Of a stretch of DNA of 64,000 nucleotides, positions 34,029 through 45,277 are shown piece after piece. The notes under the pieces are model-generated. The model saw nothing but the letters and a program-made list of their open reading frames with translations, searched no databases and was not told the DNA's origin. The DNA comes from Verrucomicrobiota bacterium (GTDB taxonomy: Bacteria; Chlamydiota; Chlamydiia; Chlamydiales; JAAKFR01). The DNA lies in contig JAFEGP010000019.1 in the NCBI GenBank assembly GCA_018239815.1, positions 36,096 through 100,095 of the forward strand, written 5' to 3'. Position numbers and translations under genes: made by a program. Positions within the stretch are counted from its first letter, which is position 1, and every line of letters starts with the position of its first letter.

Positions 34029-36023
34029 TTAGATAAGAATACGCTCTAAGATTGCCTCAACGTGGAAGCCAAATTCTTGAGATAAGACGCTAGCAGGAGC
34101 GGACAAGCCAAAGCTTTCCAAACAAATTGCAATCCCCTCTAAGCCTATGTACTTATGCCAACCTAAGTCAACACCAGCTTCAATGCTCACGCGCTGTCCT
34201 AGATCTCCTCCTATTACGCTATGGCGATACTGGGCATCTTGTTCTTCAAAAAGCCCAAAACAAGTCATAGATACGAGCCGAACAGACTTACCTCGTTTCT
34301 CAAGCTCTGCTGCAACATTCCATGCCAAACTCACTTCTGAGCCTGTTGCAAATAAGCAATAATCTGGTTTCTGTGTTTTTTCCTTTTTCAAGATATACCC
34401 ACCTCGTCCTACCCCTTCGGCAAAAGGACGCTCTGTTGCAGGCAATGTTGTAATAGATTGACGCGAAAGCAACAGAGCTGAAGGACCCTGATAGCGCAAT
34501 GCAGCTAACCAAGACATTTTCACCTCATTAGCATCTGCAGGTCGGAAAACATGTAAATGCGGCATGGCGCGTAAAGCAGCGTAATGCTCAACAGGTTGAT
34601 GTGTAGGGCCATCTTCCCCTAAGAAGATAGAATCGTGAGTGAATTGATAAATCACCTTTAATTTCGACAGAGCCGCTAAACGCATTGCATTACGCATGTA
34701 ATCTGAAAAAGTCAGGAAAGTTCCAACAAAAGGTATAATAAGATCTGTGAGCGCAAGACCATTGGCTATTGTTCCCATGCCAAATTCTCGCACTCCGAAC
34801 TTGATGTTACGCCCTGTAAAGTCTTTGGAAGAAAGAGTAGGGAGTTGTTCCATGCGTGTCTTATCAGAAGAAGAAAGATCCGCTGATCCCCCATAAAGGC
34901 CTGGCAATTGCGTTGCCAAGAAATTAATAACAGCATGAGAAGCTTCCCTACCTGCTAAAGAAGGCTTCATCTGTAAAGCCCACAAAGCCTGTTCAAGATT
35001 ATCTGACAAAGCATGATGTCTCATTTGATCTAATTCTGCAGCAAGCTTTGGATGAGCTTTTGCCCATAAACGCAACTTCTCTTCCCAATGAGCTTCGATT
35101 TTTTTTTCTTCTTCTAATTTTTGTTGAAAATAGCTTTCTACAACCTTAGGAACATAAAATTCTTCTGCAGGAAGACCTAAATTTTCTTTAGAAAGTTTAA
35201 CCTCCTCTAATCCTAAAGGAGAACCATGTGCGTGATGGGAATTAGATTTATGTGGAGATCCTTTACCAATAATCGTATGAGCCAAAATAAAGACGGGTCT
35301 ATTTTGATTCTCACGAGCTTTTGAAATCACTTTATCTAAAGATTGAAAATCATAAGGATCAACTTCATACGTGTCCCATCCATAGGAACGGAAACGGCCT
35401 ATTGTATCTTCTGAAGAACACTCTGAAAGAGGGCCATCCAAACAAATATGATTAGCATCGTAGATAAAAATTAGATTATCCAACTTTAAATGGCCAGCTA
35501 GAGAAGCTACTTCATGGCTGCCCCCTTCCATTAAATCACCATCGCTACAAAGACAAAATACTTTGGCATCAAAAAGCACATCTTCTTTGGTGTTAAAGCG
35601 GCTAGCTACGGCTTTTAATCCAAGAGCCATTCCAACAGCATTTCCAGTCCCTTGTCCTAAAGGACCCGTTGTGGCTTCTACCCCATCTGTTTCTCCAAAT
35701 TCAGGGTGCCCCGGTGTTTTAGAATGCAGTTGGCGAAAACGTTTAATCTCCTCCAAAGACAGATTAAAACCAGCTAAATGTAAGCAAGAATATAGCCACA
35801 TTGAACCATGACCTGCTGACAATACAAGACGGTCACGATTTAACCATCTTGGATTTTGGGGATAGTGACGCAGAGCATGCCCATACAGATACGCCCCTAT
35901 CTCAGCACAACCCATAGGTAATCCAGGATGACCTGAGTTAGCTTTTTGTACGGCATCCATGGACAATCCACGGATAGTACTGGCTATTTTTTCCAGCATT
36001 TTGACATCTAGTTTTCTTTCCAT
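34029..36023 (-). CDS. tkt: Transketolase
   Basis: 664 aa. SGHPGLPMGCAE, the ThDP motif GDGDLMEG-like CSDGDLMEGGSHE, and HDSIFLGEDGPTHQPVE. Confidence 0.95.
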   Translation of the reverse strand: MERKLDVKMLEKIASTIRGLSMDAVQKANSGHPGLPMGCAEIGAYLYGHALRHYPQNPRWLNRDRLVLSAGHGSMWLYSCLHLAGFNLSLEEIKRFRQLHSKTPGHPEFGETDGVEATTGPLGQGTGNAVGMALGLKAVASRFNTKEDVLFDAKVFCLCSDGDLMEGGSHEVASLAGHLKLDNLIFIYDANHICLDGPLSECSSEDTIGRFRSYGWDTYEVDPYDFQSLDKVISKARENQNRPVFILAHTIIGKGSPHKSNSHHAHGSPLGLEEVKLSKENLGLPAEEFYVPKVVESYFQQKLEEEKKIEAHWEEKLRLWAKAHPKLAAELDQMRHHALSDNLEQALWALQMKPSLAGREASHAVINFLATQLPGLYGGSADLSSSDKTRMEQLPTLSSKDFTGRNIKFGVREFGMGTIANGLALTDLIIPFVGTFLTFSDYMRNAMRLAALSKLKVIYQFTHDSIFLGEDGPTHQPVEHYAALRAMPHLHVFRPADANEVKMSWLAALRYQGPSALLLSRQSITTLPATERPFAEGVGRGGYILKKEKTQKPDYCLFATGSEVSLAWNVAAELEKRGKSVRLVSMTCFGLFEEQDAQYRHSVIGGDLGQRVSIEAGVDLGWHKYIGLEGIAICLESFGLSAPASVLSQEFGFHVEAILERILI

Positions 36024-36304
36024 TTTTGTCTCATTTAGAAGTTGTTATTTGAAAAAACCATTTGTTACATTGTAGATTTTAATAGAGAGCTGCCTGTAAG
36101 CAACCTGTTATCTGTTTCAGGAGCTTTGGCATCTAGCGTAAGGGTAACCTTTTGAATCCACAGCCGGTCCGTTTTAATAGGAAAAGCTTAAAACCCGATA
36201 CAATTAAAAACAACCTAGTCATTGGAATCGCAGACTGCCCGAATATGCAAAGGATGCCGCTTCAACATCAAAAACAAATCCGGAATTGAGAGCAAAACTT
36301 TGAA

Positions 36305-37693
36305 TCAATCACCTGACAACAAATCTTTTATCATTTTTAAAGGATGAAGACCTTTGTGATATAGAGTGGCATCAAGATTCAATTCGTTGACGTTTACAGG
36401 ATGCCTGCTGACTGCTTTAGTGATACATTCAAGACGCTGTATGGCTTGATCAAGTCCTGTTTGTGTGACTCCTAATGCAGCCCACTTGTCTTTATTTTGT
36501 CTAAACTCTAATGCCAGATCAAAAAAGACACCCGATCTTATAATCTGACTTAAATCCTCTCCAGTTTTTATTTTTCTGGTAATCAACCTATTGACCGTCA
36601 CCCAAAAAAGCATATCTGACGTTTCATTGCCAAAGAAAAACATCTCTTGTGTTCTTAGCTCAGGGCGATAATTTGGAAACTCCATGTCTACGCTTATGTG
36701 AGCTAAACTCGAGTAAAAATCTGCATGCTTGCCCATCTTCGATTGATGTAAAAAAAAGGCTGCAAGCCTTAAAAAAGCTTTCGTATGGGTGGGCCCCACG
36801 CACGAGGCAACATAAGCGTGATAATAATCGTGAAAAATAAAATCCAAAGGAGAAACTAGATAAGAATCTGCCAAGGCATAGTCTAATGTCAAAAAAGGAA
36901 CTTTAGCATCTCTTTTCTGACTCTCTTGATTAGAGAAAAGATCCATCATTGATGAAGTTCCTAGAACAGGATAAGGCATGATAGCATCTCTTCCAAATTT
37001 CACTTGAAAAAATGCTTTCATCAAAGAATATGATGGCAATATTCTCATCGGAGGATTGGTAATAGGATTGGCTTTTTGATCCACAACACGCGAAAAAATA
37101 TTAAACCCTAATTGTTGGATACGCCTAGACAAAGAAAACTCACGAGGATTCTCAACATCTTGAAAAAGCCATATATTCTTTTCTGACTCCGGAGCTTCTC
37201 CCATGAGTTTTAAAATTTTTTCCTCTTCTTTTTGGTCGACTAAGCGCTCTCGATTAAAGATATAGCTACCTGGGTGTTTAGGAAGAGCAAACGTAGAACG
37301 TATGAATTGTAGAGCCCGTTCATTGGGCTGCTTAGAAGCATTAAATAAAGGAATGCATTGTACTTTGCCGTCTTCTATTACAGATAAAGTTTGTGTCGTA
37401 ACAAATTGCTCTATGCTGATTTTTTTATGCGTAAGAGCGGAAAAAGAAATGTAAGATATATCTTGAAAATCACGAGATGTCACAAAATTTGTATAGGATT
37501 GTGGATCTAAACTACACTGTTGTAAGGCGTAAGCATGTTCTTTTACTGCTTGATCGGCTGTTTTTTTGATGACTTCGTTTTGTAAGGCAGAAGGTAAATT
37601 TCTGATAGAAATCGCACTACTGCAATTTCTAAAACGAGGACAGCAAGCTTGCAAATAAACAGTATTTAAATGCGTTTGAATTCGACAAAACAT
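36305..37693 (-). CDS. Hypothetical protein (462 aa, orphan)
   Basis: A long intact ORF flanked by non-coding DNA of 281 and 259 nt. No TM segment, signal peptide or catalytic motif recognised. Confidence 0.55.
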   Translation of the reverse strand: MFCRIQTHLNTVYLQACCPRFRNCSSAISIRNLPSALQNEVIKKTADQAVKEHAYALQQCSLDPQSYTNFVTSRDFQDISYISFSALTHKKISIEQFVTTQTLSVIEDGKVQCIPLFNASKQPNERALQFIRSTFALPKHPGSYIFNRERLVDQKEEEKILKLMGEAPESEKNIWLFQDVENPREFSLSRRIQQLGFNIFSRVVDQKANPITNPPMRILPSYSLMKAFFQVKFGRDAIMPYPVLGTSSMMDLFSNQESQKRDAKVPFLTLDYALADSYLVSPLDFIFHDYYHAYVASCVGPTHTKAFLRLAAFFLHQSKMGKHADFYSSLAHISVDMEFPNYRPELRTQEMFFFGNETSDMLFWVTVNRLITRKIKTGEDLSQIIRSGVFFDLALEFRQNKDKWAALGVTQTGLDQAIQRLECITKAVSRHPVNVNELNLDATLYHKGLHPLKMIKDLLSGD

Positions 37694-37952
37694 AAAAATT
37701 GGATTTTTTAAATAAAAAGCGAAATATTTTTATAGAAACACAAATAATTTATCAAGGTTAAAAGAACTAGTTGTCGTATAACTTCTTTAGCTGATTCAGT
37801 TGATTAAAAAAGCATACCTAAAAAATAGATCCTCCTACGATACTGTTTTCATTGACGACATACCCGGCTTTCTCTTGATTAAAGATGGATAAGCCACCCT
37901 TATTGTGTTAAAGTACAAAAGATATAAAAATACCTAACTTGAGAAAAAGACC

Positions 37953-40568
37953 ATGATTAGCCAGCAAATCCGCAAAAACTTCCTTGCGTTTTTTAAAAAA
38001 AACGGACATGCACTTGTTCCTTCTTCTTCTGTTATTCCTCATGATGATCCCTCCCTTTTATTCATTAATGCTGGCATGAATCAATTTAAAGATGTCTTTT
38101 TAGGAAAGACATCTCGCGACTACCATCGTGCAACCTCTTCACAAAAATGTATCCGCGTGGGAGGCAAGCATAATGACTTAGAAAACGTAGGACATACAGC
38201 CCGTCATCTCACCTTTTTTGAAATGTTAGGAAACTTCTCATTTGGCGATTATTTCAAAAAAGAGGCGATCGAGTTTGCTTGGACAGTCTCTTTAGAAGTC
38301 TTCGGTTTTGATCCTCAATTTATCTGGGCTAGCGTGTTTCATGAAGACGAAGAGGCCTTTGAATTATGGCGTTCCTATCTTCCAGCTGAACGCATTGTCC
38401 GCATGGGAGAAAAGGATAATTTTTGGGCTATGGGAGATACGGGCCCGTGCGGCCCCTGTTCAGAGCTCTATTTTGACAAGGGTATCAAATATGGGAAGGG
38501 TAGAAGTCCTGCTGAAGATGTGCACGGAGAGCGTTTTTTAGAGTTTTGGAATCTTGTTTTCATGCAATTCAATAAAGATGTATCTGGGCAACTGCTACCC
38601 TTACCTAAAAAAAGCGTTGACACAGGTGCCGGATTAGAACGTGTAGTTTCCTTGATTATGGGGGTTAACTCTGTATTTGAAACTGATGTTTTACGTAGTT
38701 TGATCACATCTATAGAAGACATCTCTAAAATCCCCTATCATGGAGAGCCTGCTTTTCACGTTATTGCTGATCATATCCGCACTTTAGCTTTTGCAATTGC
38801 AGATGGCGTTCAACCAAGTAACTTAGATCGAGGTTATGTTCTACGCAAAGTCTTACGTCGTGCTGTACGTTACGGACGTCAATTAAATTTAGATCGCCCC
38901 TTCTTAGCACAACTACTCCCTACCCTTATCCATCATATGGGAGAGGATTTCCAAGAACTAAAAACTGCAGCTCCTTTGGTTGCCGAAGTACTAACACGTG
39001 AAGAAGAAGCATTTTTACGCACTCTAAAAAGAGGCGGAAACATTTTGAATCAAGTGATTGCCAATTCCACGGATTCAAAAATTATTTCAGGCCAAGATGC
39101 TTTTAAATTAAAAGACACTTATGGACTGCCTCTAGAAGAAATTCTCTTGTTAGCCAAAGACGCGCATCTAGGTGTTGATATTGCATGCTTTGAAGACTTA
39201 GAACTCCAAGCTAAAGAGCGTTCCCGAGGTGCTCGTAAGGTCACAGAACAGATTGCCTCCACCTCTGTATACGAAGAGTTTTTGCACAAACATGGTAAAA
39301 CTCACTTTGTTGGACATGACTCTTTAACAACCGAAGCAACTATTCTCGGTCTTGTCAAAAATGGCCAGTTTGTGGAAGCCCTTCACTGCGGTGAGGAAGG
39401 CATTGTTTTGCTCAATCGCACTTCTTTTTATGCCGAGATGGGAGGACAAGTGGGAGATCAAGGCATTCTTAGCAAACACACCTCACTTTTTGAGGTCATT
39501 GACACCCAAAGCCCTTATTCTCATATTACTGCTCATATTGGTGTTGTACGAGAGGGAGAGCTTCGTGTTTCAGATGTGATGACAGCAACTGTCCACGCTG
39601 AAAGAAGGGCTAGAATCGCTCATCATCACACTGCGACTCACCTTTTGCATTGGGCTTTAGCACAGGTCTTAGGTCCTCATGTTAAACAAGCAGGATCCAT
39701 TGTAGAAGCAGAGCGTTTGCGTTTTGATTTCCACCATCCTAAACCTGTTACTCCACAAGAAATGGAAGCTGTTGAGCGTTTAGTCAACGAAAAAATCCGA
39801 GCTAATGACCCTGTGCGTATTTATGAGATTAGCTACACAGAAGCACAAAATCGCCAAGACATCCGACAAATTTTTGGAGAAAAATACGGTAATACTGTAC
39901 GCGTTGTTGACCTTAACTATTCCAAAGAGCTCTGTGGAGGAACACATGCTGTCTCATCTGGGAACTTAGGTTATTTTCGCATTATCAAAGAAGCCAGCGT
40001 CTCTGCTGGGGTGCGTCGTATCGAAGCTGTGACTGGCCGAGCTGCAGAGCTTTTTGTGAAAGATCAAGAACAGATGTTAGAATCTGTTATGACAATGCTT
40101 AAAGTTCAGCCTTCTCAACTTGTGGAACGCATTGAAAAGCTGTTAGAAGAACAACGCTCCTTACAACATAAACTTGATAAAGCGCAGCATCAGGCTTTAC
40201 ATACCTATGCCCAACAGCTTCTTGAAACTTTGAACTGTGAGCATGGCGTCCCCTTGCTATTCGCTCAGACATCATTAAACCCAGCTGAACTCAAACAACT
40301 TGCTGATCTTATTCTTGAAAAGACACCCTCTATTGTTCTGTTTTTGATTAGTGATGTGGAAGGTAAATGCCAATTCCTTGCACGTGTCTCATCTGACCTT
40401 GTAAAAAAGGGAATTTCTGCAGCAGAGATGGTCTCTACAATTAATCCTATTTTAGGAGGTAAAGGTGGCGGGAAAGCCGATTTTGCCCAGGGAGGAGGCA
40501 CACATGTGGAACATATTGGTGAAGCGTTAAAACAGTTACGTTCATGGATCTTGTCAAAACGCTCTTAA
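37953..40568 (+). CDS. alaS: Alanine--tRNA ligase
   Basis: 871 aa. FINAGMNQFK, the class-II core, the editing-domain HHTATHLLH motif and the C-terminal DHHA1-like GGKGGGK. Confidence 0.95.
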   Translation: MISQQIRKNFLAFFKKNGHALVPSSSVIPHDDPSLLFINAGMNQFKDVFLGKTSRDYHRATSSQKCIRVGGKHNDLENVGHTARHLTFFEMLGNFSFGDYFKKEAIEFAWTVSLEVFGFDPQFIWASVFHEDEEAFELWRSYLPAERIVRMGEKDNFWAMGDTGPCGPCSELYFDKGIKYGKGRSPAEDVHGERFLEFWNLVFMQFNKDVSGQLLPLPKKSVDTGAGLERVVSLIMGVNSVFETDVLRSLITSIEDISKIPYHGEPAFHVIADHIRTLAFAIADGVQPSNLDRGYVLRKVLRRAVRYGRQLNLDRPFLAQLLPTLIHHMGEDFQELKTAAPLVAEVLTREEEAFLRTLKRGGNILNQVIANSTDSKIISGQDAFKLKDTYGLPLEEILLLAKDAHLGVDIACFEDLELQAKERSRGARKVTEQIASTSVYEEFLHKHGKTHFVGHDSLTTEATILGLVKNGQFVEALHCGEEGIVLLNRTSFYAEMGGQVGDQGILSKHTSLFEVIDTQSPYSHITAHIGVVREGELRVSDVMTATVHAERRARIAHHHTATHLLHWALAQVLGPHVKQAGSIVEAERLRFDFHHPKPVTPQEMEAVERLVNEKIRANDPVRIYEISYTEAQNRQDIRQIFGEKYGNTVRVVDLNYSKELCGGTHAVSSGNLGYFRIIKEASVSAGVRRIEAVTGRAAELFVKDQEQMLESVMTMLKVQPSQLVERIEKLLEEQRSLQHKLDKAQHQALHTYAQQLLETLNCEHGVPLLFAQTSLNPAELKQLADLILEKTPSIVLFLISDVEGKCQFLARVSSDLVKKGISAAEMVSTINPILGGKGGGKADFAQGGGTHVEHIGEALKQLRSWILSKRS

Positions 40569-43500
40569 CACATCCAAAACTTCTCCCTTTTCAACAAATG
40601 ATTGAAGAGGGAGAGTCTATTGTTATAGAAGGTCTTTGGGAAGTACCCAAAGCTCTTCTGATCGCTTTAGCTCAAAAATATACAGCTCAACATGTTGTAG
40701 TGTTAACACACTCCGAACGCTTGTTGACTGATTTCCCTTTTTTTGGCTTACAGCCTTTGGAATATCCGGCTTGGGAAACTCTACCTTCTGAGGATATTCC
40801 TCCCAGCCCTGACCGTGTTGGGGAACGTTACCGAGTGCTTCATGCCCTTGCTAAGGATGACTCTCCAAAATTACTGGTATGCTCTCTACAAGCGGCTCTA
40901 CAAAAAATTCTTCCTAAAAAAAAGCTTAAAACTCTTTACCTTCATCTCAAAGCTGAAGAATCCGTTTCATTTTCTTTACTTATCCAGCAATTATGTGAAA
41001 TGGGGTACCAACGCAAACCTATTGCTGCTGACAAAGGAGAATTTGCTGTGCGTGGAGGTATTTTAGACCTCTATCCTGTTGATTCTCCAGATCCTTATAG
41101 AGTTGAATTTGAGGAAGACAAGATTGTATCCATACGTAAATATGATCCTATTGCTCAAACCTCTGTTGGAAAAGTTGAGCAAATTCTAATTACGCCTGGT
41201 CAGGAATACGAACTTTTAGCACAAAGCGAGCAACTAGAGACTATTTTTGATTATTTAGGACCTCATACACTTGTTGTCTTTGATCAGCTGATGGCCTTAG
41301 AGGATAAGTATACTGTTCTTAAAAGCATGCTCAGTAAAAAAGTACGTAGTTTTTTGAGTTTGGAAGAGTTATTAATCCAACTTAAGCACGCCCAAAAAGT
41401 CTTTTTTGTTGAGGAAGAGTTAGAAAAATTAAGTTCTGTGCGTCGTTTAGACCCTTCTTCTCGTCCTTATTCTACCAAAGCTCCCCCGGAGCCTTTAACA
41501 TTTGAAAGTTTTGGCACAGAATTTGCGGCCAAACGTTGGAGAGATCCTTTTTTAACAATTACAGAAGCCTGTCAAGCAGATTCTAGTGAACAATTAAATG
41601 CTCATGATCTAGTTGAAACTCTACAAAAGAACCAAATTCCTTTGACTGTTCTTTGTCAAACTCCAACAGAAAAAGAAAGTTTTCAGCAGCGCTTACCAGA
41701 TGCAACTGTGATGGAAGGTTATCTTTCTTCTGGATTAGTTTTACTTGAACCTGCTTTAGCGATTCTTCCTACCGTTGAATTGACAGGGCGCGTTTTGATA
41801 CGCCGACAAAAACAACGTAGTCATTATCACAGTCATGCCTCCGAATTCATGGCTCTGTCCCCTGGGGAAGCTGTTGTGCATATGAATAGCGGGATCGGTC
41901 GCTATCTAGGCATTGAAAAGCGCTCTAATCACCTAGGACAGCTCACAGAGTTTATGGTCATTGAGTATGCGGAACAAGCCAAACTCTATGTTCCTATGGA
42001 ACAGGCTAATTTGATAGCCAAATACATCGGAGCTGGCGACAGTAAACCAGAATTTCATGCTTTAGGCAGTACAAAGTGGCAACGATCAAGAGAGCGTAGT
42101 GAACAAGCTATTTTGGGCTATGCTGCAGATCTTTTAGAACTGCAAGCCAAACGTGTGGCACAAGGAGGATTTGCCTATCCTGAATCTGGCGATTTAGTCA
42201 AACAATTTGAACAGGAATTCCCTTACCAAGAAACGGATGACCAACTTCTTGCCATCTCTAGTGTATACCAAGATATGCAAACCCCAATTGCCATGGATCG
42301 CTTGGTTTGTGGTGACGTCGGCTATGGCAAAACAGAAGTTGCAATGCGAGCTGCTTTTAAAGCAGTTGTAGATGGAGGGAAACAAGTTGCTGTTCTTGTC
42401 CCTACAACAGTGTTGGCCTTACAGCATTTTGAATCTTTTAGAGATCGCATGCAGAGTTTTCCTGTGCGTATTGGAGTGATCTCTCGCTTTCAAAAACCCA
42501 AAGAAATACGCTTAACTCTAGAACAACTTAGAAGCGGCGATCTTGATATTGTTGTAGGAACCCATCGTTTGGTTAGCCAGGATGTGATTTTTAAAGATCT
42601 AGGTTTGGTTGTTATTGATGAGGAGCAACGATTTGGAGTCAAATCGAAAGAGCATCTAAAGAAAATCAAGCATGAAGTGGATTGTTTAACGCTTTCCGCT
42701 ACACCTATCCCACGTACTCTCTATTTATCTTTGGTAGGAGCTCGTCAACTTTCAGTCATTAATACACCTCCTGAAGACCGTTTACCTATTCAATCGATGA
42801 TCTGTCAAAAAAGTGATGAGGTCATTAAAAATGCTTTACTACGAGAACTTGCTCGTGATGGACAGGCTTATATCATTCACAACAGAGTGGATACAATTTT
42901 CGAATTTGCGGATCACATCCGTCAATTAGTTCCAGCTGCACGTATTGCAGTGGGACATGGACAGATGTCTTCCGATGAATTAGATGCCGTATTTCATGCC
43001 TTCAAATCAGCACGGGCAGATATCCTAATTGCTACATCCATTATCGAAAACGGTATTGATATTCCCAACGCGAACACTATTTTAATTGATCAATCCGATC
43101 GTTTTGGTTTGGCCGATCTCTATCAGATGCGAGGACGTGTAGGAAGGTGGAATCGCAAAGCCTATTGTTACTTTTTAGTCTCAAACCTAACGACCATACA
43201 AGAGACATCTCGCAAACGACTTACCGCTCTTGTACATGCTTCAGGTCAAGGTGGAGGCATGAAGATCGCCATGCAAGACTTAGAGATACGAGGCGCTGGT
43301 AATATTTTAGGATTAGATCAGTCAGGACATGTACAAGCAATAGGATTCCATTTTTATTGCAAGCTTCTTAAAAAAGCGGTGCATGCTTTAAGTCGTAAGC
43401 AAAAACCCTTACTTTATACAGATGTCAAACTTGAGTTTCCTTATGATGCACGTCTACCCGAAGATTATGTAAATGACGTCACCTTACGTATGGAAATGTA

Positions 43501-43855
43501 TCAACGACTTGGAGATGTAAATCATGATAAAGAAGTTGATGAATTACTAGAAGAGTTAACAGATCGATTTGGCCCTCCCCCACAGCCTGTTCAGTGGTTG
43601 TGTGCTTTATCGAAGTTACGGCGCTTTGCCCAAGAGCATGCTTTTACACTTTTACGTTTGACCAAGGTCGTCTTACATGCGGAGCAAACACACGGTAAAA
43701 AAGAAAAGGTGACACAGAAAATTCTTATCCGCCCATCACAAGATCCACAGAGTCTTGTTAAGGAAGTTTGCACAGCCCTCTCGTCAAACTTCATCTTAAA
43801 TCAAGAACGATCTTTATCAGCACAGCAACAAAGTCTATGTCCCAAGATAACATAG
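40544..43855 (+). CDS. mfd: Transcription-repair coupling factor
   Basis: 1103 aa. UvrB-like N-terminus, RNAP-interaction domain, and superfamily-2 helicase motifs [18 protein letters not shown] and QLRGRVGR-like YQMRGRVGR. Confidence 0.95.
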   Translation: MDLVKTLLTHPKLLPFQQMIEEGESIVIEGLWEVPKALLIALAQKYTAQHVVVLTHSERLLTDFPFFGLQPLEYPAWETLPSEDIPPSPDRVGERYRVLHALAKDDSPKLLVCSLQAALQKILPKKKLKTLYLHLKAEESVSFSLLIQQLCEMGYQRKPIAADKGEFAVRGGILDLYPVDSPDPYRVEFEEDKIVSIRKYDPIAQTSVGKVEQILITPGQEYELLAQSEQLETIFDYLGPHTLVVFDQLMALEDKYTVLKSMLSKKVRSFLSLEELLIQLKHAQKVFFVEEELEKLSSVRRLDPSSRPYSTKAPPEPLTFESFGTEFAAKRWRDPFLTITEACQADSSEQLNAHDLVETLQKNQIPLTVLCQTPTEKESFQQRLPDATVMEGYLSSGLVLLEPALAILPTVELTGRVLIRRQKQRSHYHSHASEFMALSPGEAVVHMNSGIGRYLGIEKRSNHLGQLTEFMVIEYAEQAKLYVPMEQANLIAKYIGAGDSKPEFHALGSTKWQRSRERSEQAILGYAADLLELQAKRVAQGGFAYPESGDLVKQFEQEFPYQETDDQLLAISSVYQDMQTPIAMDRLVCGDVGYGKTEVAMRAAFKAVVDGGKQVAVLVPTTVLALQHFESFRDRMQSFPVRIGVISRFQKPKEIRLTLEQLRSGDLDIVVGTHRLVSQDVIFKDLGLVVIDEEQRFGVKSKEHLKKIKHEVDCLTLSATPIPRTLYLSLVGARQLSVINTPPEDRLPIQSMICQKSDEVIKNALLRELARDGQAYIIHNRVDTIFEFADHIRQLVPAARIAVGHGQMSSDELDAVFHAFKSARADILIATSIIENGIDIPNANTILIDQSDRFGLADLYQMRGRVGRWNRKAYCYFLVSNLTTIQETSRKRLTALVHASGQGGGMKIAMQDLEIRGAGNILGLDQSGHVQAIGFHFYCKLLKKAVHALSRKQKPLLYTDVKLEFPYDARLPEDYVNDVTLRMEMYQRLGDVNHDKEVDELLEELTDRFGPPPQPVQWLCALSKLRRFAQEHAFTLLRLTKVVLHAEQTHGKKEKVTQKILIRPSQDPQSLVKEVCTALSSNFILNQERSLSAQQQSLCPKIT

Positions 43856-43973
43856 TCTATTCAACAGCTGTAATTTTGAATTGAATTAATTAGAGTGACC
43901 AACTTATTAAATTGATTCTGTATCTACAAGTAATTCAAAATCAATTTTTAATTGACGACACATCCTGAAAAAA

Positions 43974-44390
43974 TCACAGGTTTCCAGCTTGAGTTGTTAA
44001 TCGTTGTGATTGTTGATGATTCCCCATCTTCTGATATGCAAGCGCAATAGCTTGATAGTGAAATTTCTTTAGATCTACATAGCCAGGTTCTTGGATTGCA
44101 TCTAGGATAAGTACGGCCTGATCTAATCTTCTATGTTCTATAGCCTGTGCAACTAAATCAAATTGGTCTGTCACGCGTTTTGATGCCACAACAGCAGTTA
44201 AGAAATGCTGCATAGTTTGAGTCAAAAGCACATCATCCTTAGGTCCAGAAGCACATTGAGACAGGTGGGCTAAACTCTCTAAATCTTGCAGGGAAAGCGT
44301 TTCTAATAACACATCAGTTAGACGTTGAACTGTCTGAAATAATTGCATTGGTTCATGAAGAAAAGGCCATTTGATTTCCTTGTTACACAC
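43974..44390 (-). CDS. Hypothetical small helical protein (138 aa)
   Basis: An ORF only, predicted all-helical by eye, with no TM segment. It is divergent from the Inc-like gene at 44552. Confidence 0.45.
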   Translation of the reverse strand: MCNKEIKWPFLHEPMQLFQTVQRLTDVLLETLSLQDLESLAHLSQCASGPKDDVLLTQTMQHFLTAVVASKRVTDQFDLVAQAIEHRRLDQAVLILDAIQEPGYVDLKKFHYQAIALAYQKMGNHQQSQRLTTQAGNL

Positions 44391-44551
44391 AAATCCGTAG
44401 AAGGATTCTAATAGACAAAAATTTATTTCTCAATAATTTTTTGTTAAGAAATTTTGCCTAACAAACAAAAACTTGTCGAAATTATTTTAAATAACTAAAT
44501 TGCAAGAATTTACTTTCTTCTTTACAATCTTATGTAAACGAAGAGGGATGG

Positions 44552-45211
44552 ATGAATATTCATTCTCATACTCAGTTTAATGCCACCTCAGTCCCTCCTA
44601 TTTCTAGGGAAACTCTGCATCTTCTAAAAAACACGGGGTTTTTTCCTCCTTACTTACCAGCTTTAAAATGGCAAGCTGAAAATGTAGAAAAAAACCGTTT
44701 ACGCATACATGCTGCCCAACAACACCCTACTAGAAGAAAACTCTTAGCCTTCTTGGCAACATGCTTAGCTCTACTTGTTATCGGAAGTGGAGGAGGTCTT
44801 AGCTACTATTGTTTTCGATATGCAACACAACCTGGATTCAGCCTGCTCGCTCCTTTTGTCATAGCCATTACCTTTCTTGCTACCTTGTTTTTTGCTTTTA
44901 AATATACAGCTGTTTGGGGAGACGCCAAGCACGGGCAATTTCCATTGAAGCTAGCAGTTGCTTTGTTATTAGCACCTCCCTTAATTGGTCCTTGCATCCC
45001 CATGATCATGGAATTTAGTAAACTCAAGCGCTATGAACAGTTAGAAAGAAAACAAATGGCGGAGTTGGAGGCCAACTTGCAAACAGCAAAAAAGTTCTTC
45101 CACGATCATCGTTTAGACTTAAATCGTCTGTTAGATGCTCAGTCAGATCCTGCTATGACATCTGCCTGCGCAGAATTACGTCATTGGCAACAATGGCTCT
45201 CTCACATTTAA
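44552..45211 (+). CDS. Inc-like membrane protein with a C-terminal coiled coil
   Basis: 219 aa. Hydrophobic lobes LLAFLATCLALLVIGSGGGLSYYCF and FSLLAPFVIAITFLATLFFAF are separated by about 9 aa. A third hydrophobic segment follows, then KRYEQLERKQMAELEANLQ. Confidence 0.5.
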   Translation: MNIHSHTQFNATSVPPISRETLHLLKNTGFFPPYLPALKWQAENVEKNRLRIHAAQQHPTRRKLLAFLATCLALLVIGSGGGLSYYCFRYATQPGFSLLAPFVIAITFLATLFFAFKYTAVWGDAKHGQFPLKLAVALLLAPPLIGPCIPMIMEFSKLKRYEQLERKQMAELEANLQTAKKFFHDHRLDLNRLLDAQSDPAMTSACAELRHWQQWLSHI

Positions 45212-45277
45212 CTCATCTGATGCTATATCCGTTCTTCTATATAGAAATTCCTAAATTTGCTACAGTCCGCCTGCGCT

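Noticed and set aside
35099-35107. A poly-A(9) run inside tkt, considered as a possible phase-variation tract.
   Set aside because: tkt is an essential housekeeping gene. The run encodes EEKKI and shows that A/T homopolymers of 9-10 nt are background in this AT-leaning genome. For that reason only the G/C tract at 9330-9338 is given real weight.
43873-43941. The inverted repeat ATTTTGAATT (43873-43882) / AATTCAAAAT (43932-43941) downstream of mfd.
   Set aside because: It is a 10-nt AT-only repeat with a spacer of about 50 nt in very AT-rich DNA. It is weak as a terminator, and such matches are expected by chance.
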